The notes beneath the pieces are model-generated. The model was not told the origin of the DNA. It worked only from the letters and a program-made list of their open reading frames with translations, and did not search any database. The translations under genes were made by a program, and so were the position numbers. Shown here in pieces: positions 1-10,365 of a stretch of 64,000 bases of DNA. The stretch is taken from assembly GCA_023380635.1 (NCBI GenBank), contig JAMCRP010000001.1:247911-311910 (forward strand), in the 5' to 3' direction. Positions within the stretch are counted from its first letter, which is position 1. Every line of letters begins with the position of its first letter. The stretch is from Patescibacteria group bacterium (GTDB lineage Bacteria > Patescibacteriota > Microgenomatia > JAMCZE01).

Positions 1-888
1 CTTAACTTCATCGTATATCCGGCCCAAATATTCTCCGATAACTCCCAAAATAAGCAGCTGGATTCCACCGATAAATAGAGTGGAAACCAATGGTGACGCC
101 CACCCTAAAACGGCCGTTCCTGCTACTAGTTTAGCGTATAAAACATCGACAATTACCAGGAAAGCAAAGATGGAAACGGCAAACCCGATATAAGTCGCCA
201 GTCGAAGCGGCACATAGGAAAAAGAGAAAATTGCGTCAAAAGCCATTTTTGCCAGCTTTGCAAAATTCTGAGACTGCTTGCCAGCAAACCGCGGCGGTTT
301 TTCATATTCCTGGCCCAACTGTTTAAAGCCTACCCAGGTGCGCAAGGCCGGAATAAAGCGGTTCCGTTCCGGAAGACTTAGCAGGGCTTCCACAACTGGC
401 CGGCGCATCACCGCAAAAATTCCAACGTTGCGAGGAATGGTAATGGAGGACAATCGGCACATCAAAAAATAATAGAGACCAAACAAAAGTTTTCTTATCG
501 GGGGATCACGACGGACTTTCGAAACGCCGTAGACCACATCATAGTCCTCAGCAATCTTTTCCAGCATTTTTCCCAAAACTTCCGGCGGATCTTGTAGGTC
601 CGCATCAATTGTCGCAACCACTTCCCCCTTCGCTTGAGCCAGACCGGCCATAACCGCCGCCTGCTGGCCAAAGTTTCGTGACAAATTTATTACCTTAACT
701 TTCTTGTCCTTACCGTTCAACTCTCGAAGAATTTCGGGAGATTTATCCCGGCTGGCATCATTAACAAAAATCAGTTCGTACTCTTTTCCTTGTTTGTCCA
801 AAACTTCACGCAGTTGCTTATAGAGCTCTGTCAGATTTCCTTCTTCGTTGTAGACCGGGATGACAATAGAAGTCTGAACTTTGCTCAT
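1..888 (-). CDS. GT2 glycosyltransferase, GtrB/ArnC-like polyprenol-phosphate sugar transferase with C-terminal TM helices (3' end runs off the window)
   Basis: Not in the ORF track. Read manually from ATG at 888, which overlaps the upstream stop (ATGA): MSKVQTSIVIPVYNEEGNL...FVNDASRD...LSRNFGQQAA...IDADLQDPPE, followed by hydrophobic segments. Confidence 0.9.
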   Translation of the reverse strand, partial: MSKVQTSIVIPVYNEEGNLTELYKQLREVLDKQGKEYELIFVNDASRDKSPEILRELNGKDKKVKVINLSRNFGQQAAVMAGLAQAKGEVVATIDADLQDPPEVLGKMLEKIAEDYDVVYGVSKVRRDPPIRKLLFGLYYFLMCRLSSITIPRNVGIFAVMRRPVVEALLSLPERNRFIPALRTWVGFKQLGQEYEKPPRFAGKQSQNFAKLAKMAFDAIFSFSYVPLRLATYIGFAVSIFAFLVIVDVLYAKLVAGTAVLGWASPLVSTLFIGGIQLLILGVIGEYLGRIYDEVK

Positions 889-1781
889 CGGAATCTCCTT
901 TTTAACTTATGACTAAATAACTTCAGCGGATTTTTCGTATCTTTCATTTGCTCAGTAAAAAGCCAATATTTGTAGTCTCTGCTGCTTTGCAAAAACTGTC
1001 TATTACAATCATTCAAGGAAACGTCTCGCTGCCAAAAACCCTTCCTTTCCCATATTTTAGCGAAAGTTACCTCCATATAGAAAGCCATGAGAAGCGCTAA
1101 AACCAATCCATGCAGACCGTCTCTGTAACCCTGGCCAAAAAAATAGCGGCTTAAAAATTCATCAGTGGGCATTTTAATGGCATCTCTCCAGGTGATTTCT
1201 TTGCTTTCGGAAATTAATTTTTCCGCCTCCCGAGTCGTGTAACTGTCAAATCGCAACAAAAAGTCAGAAACCGTTACCCAATTGAGATGGAGAATAGCAT
1301 TTTCCAGTTGGCCGATATTTCCGTCAACCTCCAGTTCTTCATGGACATGTTTGGCAGGAAACTTCGCCTTACCATTCTTAAAGAGCCGCAATTGCCAATC
1401 TGGGTACCACCGACTGTTCTCGATCCATTTGCCAAAAATAATATTTTTGCGGGGAACCCGGTAGGCTGTGGCTTGCGGGTCAGAAATTACTCTCCCTATT
1501 TCTTCCTGGAGCTCTGGCGTTATCCGTTCATCCGCATCGAGACTGAAAATCCAATCTCCAAGGCATTTTTCAAAGGCCAGGTTCATGTTCTTCTTCATGA
1601 GCGGCTGATTGGGAACAACGAAAACCTTTGCCTTCAGTTGTTTGGCAATTTTTACGGTATTGTCTGAAGAAGTACCGTCGACGACCACCACTTCATCGGC
1701 GAAGCGAGCGCTTTCCAAACATTCTTTGATATGTTTTTCTTCGTTAAAAGTGACAATAGCGATGGAAATTTTTGGTTTCAT
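885..1781 (-). CDS. GT2 glycosyltransferase, KdtX/WaaE-like
   Basis: IVTFNEE, VVDGTSSD, SLDADERIT, YPDWQLRLF and VHE motifs. Confidence 0.88.
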   Translation of the reverse strand: MKPKISIAIVTFNEEKHIKECLESARFADEVVVVDGTSSDNTVKIAKQLKAKVFVVPNQPLMKKNMNLAFEKCLGDWIFSLDADERITPELQEEIGRVISDPQATAYRVPRKNIIFGKWIENSRWYPDWQLRLFKNGKAKFPAKHVHEELEVDGNIGQLENAILHLNWVTVSDFLLRFDSYTTREAEKLISESKEITWRDAIKMPTDEFLSRYFFGQGYRDGLHGLVLALLMAFYMEVTFAKIWERKGFWQRDVSLNDCNRQFLQSSRDYKYWLFTEQMKDTKNPLKLFSHKLKRRFR

Positions 1782-3235
1782 TTGCGATAAGCTTTAAGAA
1801 AAATTCCAAAATTCTCCATAATCTCTTTCCTGTCAATCATAAAAGAGACTCCCGCAAAGATTATAGCCCCAGTTATCCCGGCTAACAAAATTCCAACAAT
1901 ACCGGAAGCTACTCTTAAAATTAAAAACATTCCCAGGCCCATGACCACTGACGAAAAGGTAGGCTTCCAGATTGGCTTAACAAAGCTAAATTCAATGTGC
2001 CTTTTTAAGAGATATCCGGTATACACCACGGTTAGAGCGACCACAAACGAAGCCATAGAGATTCCAGTGAACCCAAATTTTCCAACCAGGACAATGGTAA
2101 AGCCCCAGGTTAGAGCAATCCATAAAATCATTAGGCCAAGAGTAGTTTTGACCCGGCCGGTAGCATCCAAAGCATTGACCAAAACATTAGAAATTGCCGA
2201 CAACCCCGCTCCCAGGCAAAGAAAATAAAACGAGGGCAGAGCTGCTTCCCATTTAGCATACTTGGGAATGACATAAATTATCGGCTGGATTAGAAAAATC
2301 ATCCCGGTCAGAATGGGAAAGAGGACAAAACTCACGGCAAAAAGCGATTTTTCAATTCCCTTGCGCAAGGTCTCTTGTTCATGCTGAACACGAGCATAGG
2401 CCGGAAAAGTTACCCGAGTCACACTGTCCACAATTAACCGGAAAGGGCTGTAGGCCCAACGCTGGGCCCAACCCCAATATCCTACGCCTTCCGTCCCCAC
2501 CCAGCCGGTTAAAAAAACTGTCAGAAGATTATCTTTGATAACCGCCAAAACGCTTTTCCCCTGATAAGCAATGCCATACGACAGAAGCGCCCGGGCCTTA
2601 TGTCTGGCTATGCCAAATCTCACCTTCCACGGCGATAAAATATAGTACAACGGCAGCCCGACAAGAGCTGAAACCAAAATGGCCCAGGAATAGGAATCAA
2701 TTTCGAAGCCTCTGTAAGCCAAAACCACTACCAGGACATTAAAAACCGACGACTCGACGATTTGCGGAATGACCTGGACATCAAACGCCAGTTTCCGTTC
2801 CAGCAGCAAGGATGGCAGGGCTTTTAAGGAAGAAATAAATAGGGTTATTAAAAGAACATGATATAAAAATATGCCTTGAGAGTTTAGATGGGCATAGCCC
2901 GCGATATATCTGGTAACCAAGAATCCGACGACAACCGCCGCCGTGACCAAAATCTCCTGAATAGTAAATGTTGTCCGTAAGTCGTCTTCGTCAAGTTCTT
3001 CTTTTTTTTGAATTAAAGCCGCTCCCAACCCCACATCGGTAAAAATAGTAAAAATTTGCAGCAGAGCGTTGACGGCAATAAAAACACCAATTGCCGATGG
3101 GGACAAGAAAATCCCCAGAAAAAAGAAAGCCACCAAGGAAACAGCCTGCAATAAAACTGTCCGACCGATCAGGGCGACCACACTTCTAATGGTTTTTCCT
3201 TTGATATCTTCCAACTCCATAAATTCCGATTCCAA
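1778..3235 (-). CDS. Wzx/RfbX-type oligosaccharide flippase (MOP family)
   Basis: About 14 hydrophobic segments, DVGLGAALIQKKE and VTFPAYAR motifs. Confidence 0.85.
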   Translation of the reverse strand: MESEFMELEDIKGKTIRSVVALIGRTVLLQAVSLVAFFFLGIFLSPSAIGVFIAVNALLQIFTIFTDVGLGAALIQKKEELDEDDLRTTFTIQEILVTAAVVVGFLVTRYIAGYAHLNSQGIFLYHVLLITLFISSLKALPSLLLERKLAFDVQVIPQIVESSVFNVLVVVLAYRGFEIDSYSWAILVSALVGLPLYYILSPWKVRFGIARHKARALLSYGIAYQGKSVLAVIKDNLLTVFLTGWVGTEGVGYWGWAQRWAYSPFRLIVDSVTRVTFPAYARVQHEQETLRKGIEKSLFAVSFVLFPILTGMIFLIQPIIYVIPKYAKWEAALPSFYFLCLGAGLSAISNVLVNALDATGRVKTTLGLMILWIALTWGFTIVLVGKFGFTGISMASFVVALTVVYTGYLLKRHIEFSFVKPIWKPTFSSVVMGLGMFLILRVASGIVGILLAGITGAIIFAGVSFMIDRKEIMENFGIFLKAYRK

Positions 3236-4811
3236 GGATAAACGCTAGAGAAATCGCGTTTCCCGCAACCCGCGGCCAGGTATTAGTAAATATACCATTA
3301 ATAGTGTGGTTTCCGGCAGATATGTCAACCGTAATCAATTTATACGGATTGTCATCAGTAATAGGAACTTCTCGGCCGTCAACGGATATTTTCCAGCCGG
3401 GGAAATTGGTTATTTGCGGCTGAAAAACCGCATTGTCACTGAAATTGCCGGTCACAGAAAAACTGTCAGGATTCCAATAATTCACATTCACATTACCGTT
3501 ATTAATTTCAAATTTCGAATTTCGAATTTCAAATTGATTAATATCCACCCACACTACCCCTTTATCATTGATGTAAGTCGCAACTCCTTTCGGCATAAAT
3601 TCAAAAGACGACCCGCTGATGTCCCATTTGACATATTTATCCGTCAGTAGTTGGTTATCAGAAACCGGAATATAGCGTTGCGGGACAAAATATTTCCCCT
3701 GAACAAAAATTACCGCGGCGATCAGGGGAACGGCCAGCCAGAGTTTTTTACCAATAAACCCGGCCAGAAGAGCCGCAAACAAAACTACAAATTCCAGAAA
3801 GCGCCAGGGAAACTGCAGGTACCAAAGCGGGGAAATCCGGTCCCAAAGAAAACGGGAATAGTCGGTAGTCATGAAAAGCGAAAACGCCAGTAAAACCCAT
3901 ACTAAAAGCGCTTTTCTATTTCTCCAAAGCAAGGCAGCCACCAAGGAAACTAAAATTACTAACCAGGATATTTTTCCCAGCGCGAAAGACATTCCGTCAA
4001 AACAACCGGCCACCGAGCCGCCAAAACCCCAGGGACTGTTCCAAAGCTGCGCCGGACAGACAAAATGAATCTGATAGGAGGCTAGATTTTTAATCAGCAA
4101 CTGGTCAACCAGAGTAAATTGCTTTTCCGCCAGTTCCGGCAACCAAAAAAAGGCGGTTAAACCAAAGGCAATAATCGGCGAAAGAAGAAGAGATTTCCGG
4201 CTGAAAACCAAAGCCCAGACGGCAAAGAAAACCATGTACGGCAGAAAAATGAGGTTGTGGGTAATCATTAACAATCCCAATAGGATCCCGGCCAAAACCG
4301 GGCGTTTTTTATAAACAGCTAAAAGAATTAGCGGCAGCCAAACAAAGGAGAAAAGTTCCGCTAAAGCGCCGCGGATATAGGCGTCAACAGCGTGATATGG
4401 GGCGTATAAATAAAATAACGCGGCAACTGTTCCTCCGGCTCTGCCAAAAAATTCCTTAGCCAAAAAGTACATTGCCAAAGCAGATCCCAAGAGAGCCGTG
4501 AACCAAACCAACTTGATCGAATCAATATATCCCAAACCTGTCAGGTGATAAATCTCTCCAAGGTAATAGGATAAGGGAGGATAAAAATTAAACAGCGGAT
4601 AACCGTAGCCAAAACCCAAGTCTTCTACCCACCTGACGGGAAATTGTCCCCCTTTTAGGGCCTTATCCAACTGCTCAAGCCGAACCACCTGTTGATCGTC
4701 ATGCATGGAAAAATAGCCGGGCGACAGGAGGGGTTTCCAGGTGAAATAGGAGAGGAAAAGAATTAGAATTACTGGAAGAAATGTGGCAACGCGTGAAAAA
4801 ATTTTGGACAC
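3186..4811 (-). CDS. GT-C-type membrane protein (PTPS-related/YfhO-like)
   Basis: MHDD, GQFPVRW, GYGYPLFNFYPP, RGALAE and QFPWRFL motifs, with a YfhO-like C-terminus (FPGWKISVDG). Start placed at GTG 4811, 6 nt downstream of a TATAAT box. Confidence 0.8.
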   Translation of the reverse strand: MSKIFSRVATFLPVILILFLSYFTWKPLLSPGYFSMHDDQQVVRLEQLDKALKGGQFPVRWVEDLGFGYGYPLFNFYPPLSYYLGEIYHLTGLGYIDSIKLVWFTALLGSALAMYFLAKEFFGRAGGTVAALFYLYAPYHAVDAYIRGALAELFSFVWLPLILLAVYKKRPVLAGILLGLLMITHNLIFLPYMVFFAVWALVFSRKSLLLSPIIAFGLTAFFWLPELAEKQFTLVDQLLIKNLASYQIHFVCPAQLWNSPWGFGGSVAGCFDGMSFALGKISWLVILVSLVAALLWRNRKALLVWVLLAFSLFMTTDYSRFLWDRISPLWYLQFPWRFLEFVVLFAALLAGFIGKKLWLAVPLIAAVIFVQGKYFVPQRYIPVSDNQLLTDKYVKWDISGSSFEFMPKGVATYINDKGVVWVDINQFEIRNSKFEINNGNVNVNYWNPDSFSVTGNFSDNAVFQPQITNFPGWKISVDGREVPITDDNPYKLITVDISAGNHTINGIFTNTWPRVAGNAISLAFILGIGIYGVGRYQRKNH

Positions 4812-6632
4812 GAGTTCATTATACAAAATTACTTGTAGTTACCGCACTAACGACGATAGCTGTTCTTTTTTCTCCGAGACAAATATTGGCCACCGGAAAC
4901 CAGCCTCACTACACTCTAATTATTAATCAAGTCCGCGGTTCGGAGTGTTACGATGCGGGAAATATTGATTTTCTAAAACAGCAACTGCAAACCTTGGAAC
5001 AGAAGAACTTGCCAGCCACTTTTGCCGTGCGCTTTGACGCTTTGAATGACGGACAATATCTTTCGGTCCTTAACGATGCTAAAAATAAAGGTTTTGAAAT
5101 GGCGGGGTTCCTGGAAATTACCCCACTTTTAGCCTCCGAAAGCGGGGTAGTTTATCATGGTGATGTCCAAAAATGGTATCAACCGGGAAATCTATATTTA
5201 CTTGGCTACTCTCCCGATGACAGAAAGAAATTGATTGACACCTACATGGCCGGCTTCAAGAAAGCTTTTGGCGGTTTTCCAAAAACCACCGTTTCCTGGA
5301 TTATCGATGCCTATTCGCTGCAATATTTAAGCGACAAATATCACATTCAGGCGCACGAAATAACCCGGGACCAGTGGGGAACCGACCGGCTCACTCTTTA
5401 TGGCGGCCCTGAGCATTACCCTTATGTTCCCAGCCCCAATTGGCCAATAATTCCGGCCACCGGTAGCGCTGTCACTTCTCCGCTGATAATCCGTCAGACA
5501 ATCTCTGATCCGGTGGAAAATTATGGCGATCCGACCAATTCTCACACTTCCCAGCCGAACGACTTTATGCGCCGAACGACGAACTTTGCTTATTTCCAAT
5601 ATCTTTTTGACCAAGCCCATGCCCAAGATTTAAACGACTACACGATTGCCGTTATTGGATTGGAAAACTCTATGGAGGCAAAATATCAGCAGATGTTTTC
5701 CTGGCAGCTCGAATATGTCAGCCAGTGGCGGAAAAAAGATTCAAATAATCAAGTTGTCACCGCGCAAAATTTTCCTTTCAACAAGAAGCAGCCATTATTT
5801 ACTGTCTACGAGGGAAATATTTTTAAAGACCGCTCCTCACGAGCCTGGTGGATAAATACCAATGCCTACCGGATCCGCCTGCGCCTGGCTGGCGGCCGGT
5901 TATTTATCAGCGATTTACGAGTTTACGATTCGAACCTGATCGACCCTTACTCATCACGAACGGCAGTTGGAAGCGCCTCCTGGATTGTCCCCTTTATTGT
6001 GGACAGTTCACGCTGGCCTAACCATCTCCTTGATCCTATCCCTGATGATCAGAAATCGGCGGGTATTGAGTTAAGAAATAATATTACCGATGCCCAAAAA
6101 TACTCCCTGGAAAAAGAAGGGGAGTATAAACTTGTCTTGTATGACGATGCATGTTGCCGTTGCCGTCTTTTCTCCTCAGTGGTTTGACTTGCCGGGCAAA
6201 CAGACCATTTCCAAAGAAACGGTTAACAAAGATCCCGCCGCCTATCCGCTCTATCTTTCAAACCTGCCAATAGATCAAAATAAATCCTTTGTCTATGTTA
6301 ACAACCGCTACGCTTTTGTCAGCCGCAATCCGGTCAGACTGATTTTTTATCCACGTGACGCTAATAACAACCCGGCAATAGCACAAATATCCGTTCAAAC
6401 TAGCCCGCAAATCGAAAACATTCAAACCCGTGATCAAGATGATCTTGGCGGGGGAATAATAATTGACCTGCAAAACTCACATCCGCAGAAAACAGAAATA
6501 ATAGTCCAAAGCGGCGGTGAAAATTTTACTCAGACTGTATATTTTGCCCCCAACTGCTCACGAAACCCGCTTTCCTGTCTTAGAAATCCTTGGTATTTCT
6601 GGTGGTATTTACATACAATTAAGCAAAAGTGA
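4781..6632 (+). pseudogene. Secreted polysaccharide-deacetylase/glycoside-hydrolase-like barrel protein, split by a frameshift near 6150 (ORFs 4781-6187 and 6090-6632)
   Basis: Signal-like N-terminus, LPATFA, GFLEITP and FGGFPKT motifs. The first ORF degenerates after YDD (ACCRCR) while the next frame continues with HVAVAVFSPQWFD. Confidence 0.55.
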
Positions 6633-7936
6633 AGCGCTGGGTTTTCCTCATTATACTTATCGGATTTATTCTAAGAATTTACAACCTGGAAAAATTGGCA
6701 GGAATGGATTTTGATCAAGATGTTGCAGCGTGGTGGATTAAGCAGTTTTTGGTTGATCACAAAATTTCACTAATCGGCCAGGAAATTTCTGTCGGCGGTA
6801 TATACATAGCTCCGTTATTTTTTTATTTCCTATCTATATTTTATTTTGTGTTTCGAATGGATCCCCTGGCGGCAAATATTGCGGTAAGTTTAATTTCGGT
6901 AATCACAATGGTGCTCATCTATAAAGTTGCCAAGTTATTATTTGACGAAAAGGTAGCGGTTATAGCCTTAATTATCTATGCTTTTTCTTTCCAGATAAAT
7001 TTTTACGACCGGACGACTGCTCCTTCAAATTTAATAATGTTACTTAGCCTAACTGTCTTATACTTACTTCTTAACAAAAAGGGCTTATTGCTTGGCCCGG
7101 TCTTGGGACTTACTTTAAGTGTTTCACCCGCAGCAATGGTCCTAATACCCCAAAGTTTGTTTTTTCACTTCAAGAAAAAATTCATTATCCTTGCCATCAT
7201 CGTTCTTTTTGCGTTCCCACTGATCTTCTTTGACATAAGGCACAACTTTATGGTGACAAAAAGAATTTTCCAACTGATATTTTCTGGACAGGCAAAAAAC
7301 GAGAACTATTTCCTGCCAACGAAACTTATCACAAACATCATTACATTAGTTCAAAGCTTTCGCCAGCAAATTCTGCCGTTAATTATATATAACGATTTCG
7401 TTAATGCTTTACTTAATTTAGCTACGACAATTGTAATCACTATTAGTTTTATTAAATCCGGATTTTCCGCATTTCAAAGAAAAATACTTTTTGTTTGGAT
7501 ATTAGTTCCGCTGGCATTTTTTACTTTATACCCGTTCCATGTACCGGAATATTATTTTCTCTCGACATTTCCTGTGGCTATAATCTTCTTCGCCGCATTT
7601 TTATCCCGGATCGATTTCCGGATTATGACATTAATCATTACGGCATTTATGCTGACAAATACGTGGCAGATTGTCAGTAATAAATATGATTTCAGTATGT
7701 ACTATAAAAAACAGGCAATTAAATATATTATTGATAAATCGGGTGGGCAACCATTTAAGGTAAACTACAATATTGTTGCCGGCCAAGATAATGGTTTCAA
7801 ATATCTTTTCTATTGGTCCGGCCACGAGCCATCTATACAGGCTAAAGAGGAGTATATAATAACAGTGCCTTCATATATAGACGATGTGCCGGGAGAAGTG
7901 TTCGGAAAAATTAAAGTTACAACTAAGAATGAATAA
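6629..7936 (+). CDS. GT-C glycosyltransferase (ArnT/PMT-like)
   Basis: TM1 followed by a DFDQD acidic motif, LIGQ...YIAPLFFY, multiple TM helices, PLIFFDIRHNF. Confidence 0.8.
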   Translation: MKRWVFLIILIGFILRIYNLEKLAGMDFDQDVAAWWIKQFLVDHKISLIGQEISVGGIYIAPLFFYFLSIFYFVFRMDPLAANIAVSLISVITMVLIYKVAKLLFDEKVAVIALIIYAFSFQINFYDRTTAPSNLIMLLSLTVLYLLLNKKGLLLGPVLGLTLSVSPAAMVLIPQSLFFHFKKKFIILAIIVLFAFPLIFFDIRHNFMVTKRIFQLIFSGQAKNENYFLPTKLITNIITLVQSFRQQILPLIIYNDFVNALLNLATTIVITISFIKSGFSAFQRKILFVWILVPLAFFTLYPFHVPEYYFLSTFPVAIIFFAAFLSRIDFRIMTLIITAFMLTNTWQIVSNKYDFSMYYKKQAIKYIIDKSGGQPFKVNYNIVAGQDNGFKYLFYWSGHEPSIQAKEEYIITVPSYIDDVPGEVFGKIKVTTKNE

Positions 7937-8825
7937 AGACTGTCGTTTCTGTAAATCTAATTCGTTAACACTGCTTTTTTCTTCCACTAAAAAAGCCGGG
8001 GCAAAAAGAAAATATGAAGATTACGCCTGTACCAGTAATTCTTTTGGTATTCATGGCCCGATAGTAAAATGCCAAAACTGCCAAATTATTTATGTTGACG
8101 ATGATTCTTCTCAAAAAGAAATCAGCACTTATTATGAACAATCAACAGACCCAACCTACTTCTCCGAGCAACAGGCCAGAAAAATAACTTTTGAAAAGTA
8201 TCTGGCCAAACTTGAGAAGCAATATCCTCAAAAAGGGAAACTTCTGGACATCGGCACAAACACCGGACTTTTCGTAAAGTTGGCCTTAAACCATGGTTGG
8301 GAAGCCGCCGGCTTAGAACCAAATAAATGGGCTGTGGAGTATGCCAAGAAAAATTATAATATTTCCCTAATCAATAAACCGTTTACTGATAAAATGTTTA
8401 AGCCAGAATCTTTTGACGCCATCACTATGTGGGATGTCATTGAGCACTTTACTGATCCCGTCTCGGAGATTAAGAAAGTTTATTCTTGTCTTAAACCGGG
8501 CGGCGTCTTCGCTTTTTCCACCGTTGATCCGCAAAGTTTCCTGGCAAAAATAATGGGAACCAAATGGTCATGGTATATGGAAATGCACCGCGTTTTCTTT
8601 AGCCGGCAAGCCGCGCAGAAATACCTTGAACAGGCCGGGTTTAGGAAAATAGTGTTTACTTCGCATTGGCGTAACCTTTCTTTGGGCTATCTGGCCACCC
8701 GGCTGGAGGCAGTTAACCCCGCTCTGGAAAAAATTGCCAAACGGTTTGTGGCCGATGCCCATCTGGACCGGACAATCGTGCCATATTACGCCAACGATCT
8801 TTTTGACTGCTATGCGTTTAAATAG
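7929..8825 (+). CDS. Class I SAM-dependent methyltransferase with N-terminal Cys motifs (glycan-modifying type)
   Basis: CRFC and CQNC, LLDIGTNTG, ITMWDVIEH, LKPGG. Start placed at ATG 7929. Confidence 0.85.
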   Translation: MNKDCRFCKSNSLTLLFSSTKKAGAKRKYEDYACTSNSFGIHGPIVKCQNCQIIYVDDDSSQKEISTYYEQSTDPTYFSEQQARKITFEKYLAKLEKQYPQKGKLLDIGTNTGLFVKLALNHGWEAAGLEPNKWAVEYAKKNYNISLINKPFTDKMFKPESFDAITMWDVIEHFTDPVSEIKKVYSCLKPGGVFAFSTVDPQSFLAKIMGTKWSWYMEMHRVFFSRQAAQKYLEQAGFRKIVFTSHWRNLSLGYLATRLEAVNPALEKIAKRFVADAHLDRTIVPYYANDLFDCYAFK

Positions 8826-10365
8826 TAAGAAAACCGCTACCGCTCTTTTCCTCTTTCTCCTGGGGTTGGGAACTCTTGTTCGGCTGGTCCCGGTTATTAG
8901 TGGGAATATTTTTTTCTGGTTTGATCAAGGACTGGACACGATCCTGGTTAAGCAGCTTGTCATCGATCATAAGATTAATCTCGTCAGCCGTTATAGCGGC
9001 CTGGCCGGAGTCCTTATGGGACCGATTTGGACCTGGCTGATGGCCATTCCCTTTGCTCTTTCTCGTGGGAATCCAATTTCATTTACCATCTTTTTGTCGA
9101 TCTTATCTTTAACTTCTTCTGTCATCACTTTTTTTCTGGTCAGAAAGTATCTTGGTCCAGTCATTGCCATCATTGTTTCCGGTATAACTCTTCTCGCTCC
9201 GGTTTTTGTTACTAACTCAACAATAGTCGCCAGTCCGCATCCGCTGACATTTCTCTTCATCTTTTTTATTTGGTGTTCGTATGAACTTTTCATTAATCAA
9301 AAAAGGATTTTTTGGGTGCCGCTCTTAGTTCTCACTGGCCTCTTTTTCCAATTTGAAATTGGATTTGCCCTTTTTACCCTTCCTGTTCTTATTGTGTTAT
9401 TCGTAACTTTTAGAGGTTGGCGAACTCTGGGAAAGAGTTTCTTAATGGGCTTATTCTTAGTAGGGTTAACTTTTCTACCGCAAGTTGCTTTTGATTTTCG
9501 TCATGATTTTTTGATTTCCAGAGGAATTTTGAAAATCTTTTCCGGTAGTAACAGCTTGTATGGTACTCACGCGTCATTACCCCAGCGTTTTCTGGACCGG
9601 GCCTGGTCGTTTGGCGACGACTTTTTAACTATGGTTCTGCTTTTTCGGGAATGGTTTATTGTTGTTCCGACGGTGATCTTGATGCTATGGGGATCATACC
9701 TTGCTTGGAAGAAAAAACTTGAACCACAATTATCTTTTATAAAAATATGCGCAATCATCATTGTTGTTTTCTATGTGGGTTTTAGCTTTTATCCCGGACC
9801 GCTTTGGGTTTGGTACCGGGCCGGACTACCTATCGTTTATGCGCTGCTTTTTTCCATTCCGCTAGGAATACTTTGGCAAAAATATCGTTATCTCCGGCTG
9901 CCGCTTCTTCTCTTGTTTCTGATGATAATTTACAAAGCAATCAGCCCTGCCGCTCTACTCTCGGAAATTAAAGGATCCACCACCTCAGATACTGCCAATT
10001 TAAAAGTGCAGCAAATGGTTTTAGATTATGTTTATTCTTCATCTGACGGAAAACCTTTCGCCTATTTTGCTTATACGCCGCCTGTTTATGATTACATCTG
10101 GCAATATGATTTTTGGCAATACGGACAGCAAAAATATAAGCGTCTTCCCGAAAATTTTCGAATGAGCATTCCTTTGCTGGGAATTGGCAGCCAAGCCACC
10201 CCGCCAACCGGAAAAGAAGGTTTGTTTTATGTCATTATCGAACCAAACCGGGAACGCCCCTGGGAAATTGCCGGTTGGGAAAAGAGTTTCATTAAAATCG
10301 GTAAAATTCTGGAAACGCAAAACTTCCCCGGGGATATTATCGTAGAAAAAAGAATTACTGAATGA
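8812..10365 (+). CDS. GT-C glycosyltransferase (ArnT/PMT-like)
   Basis: FWFDQGLD motif after TM1, GPIWTWL, PQVAFDFRHDF, many TM helices. Start placed at ATG 8812. Confidence 0.8.
   Translation: MRLNSKKTATALFLFLLGLGTLVRLVPVISGNIFFWFDQGLDTILVKQLVIDHKINLVSRYSGLAGVLMGPIWTWLMAIPFALSRGNPISFTIFLSILSLTSSVITFFLVRKYLGPVIAIIVSGITLLAPVFVTNSTIVASPHPLTFLFIFFIWCSYELFINQKRIFWVPLLVLTGLFFQFEIGFALFTLPVLIVLFVTFRGWRTLGKSFLMGLFLVGLTFLPQVAFDFRHDFLISRGILKIFSGSNSLYGTHASLPQRFLDRAWSFGDDFLTMVLLFREWFIVVPTVILMLWGSYLAWKKKLEPQLSFIKICAIIIVVFYVGFSFYPGPLWVWYRAGLPIVYALLFSIPLGILWQKYRYLRLPLLLLFLMIIYKAISPAALLSEIKGSTTSDTANLKVQQMVLDYVYSSSDGKPFAYFAYTPPVYDYIWQYDFWQYGQQKYKRLPENFRMSIPLLGIGSQATPPTGKEGLFYVIIEPNRERPWEIAGWEKSFIKIGKILETQNFPGDIIVEKRITE

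Noticed and set aside
278-472. 64-aa plus-strand ORF
   Set aside because: Antisense to the truncated GT2 gene at 1-888.
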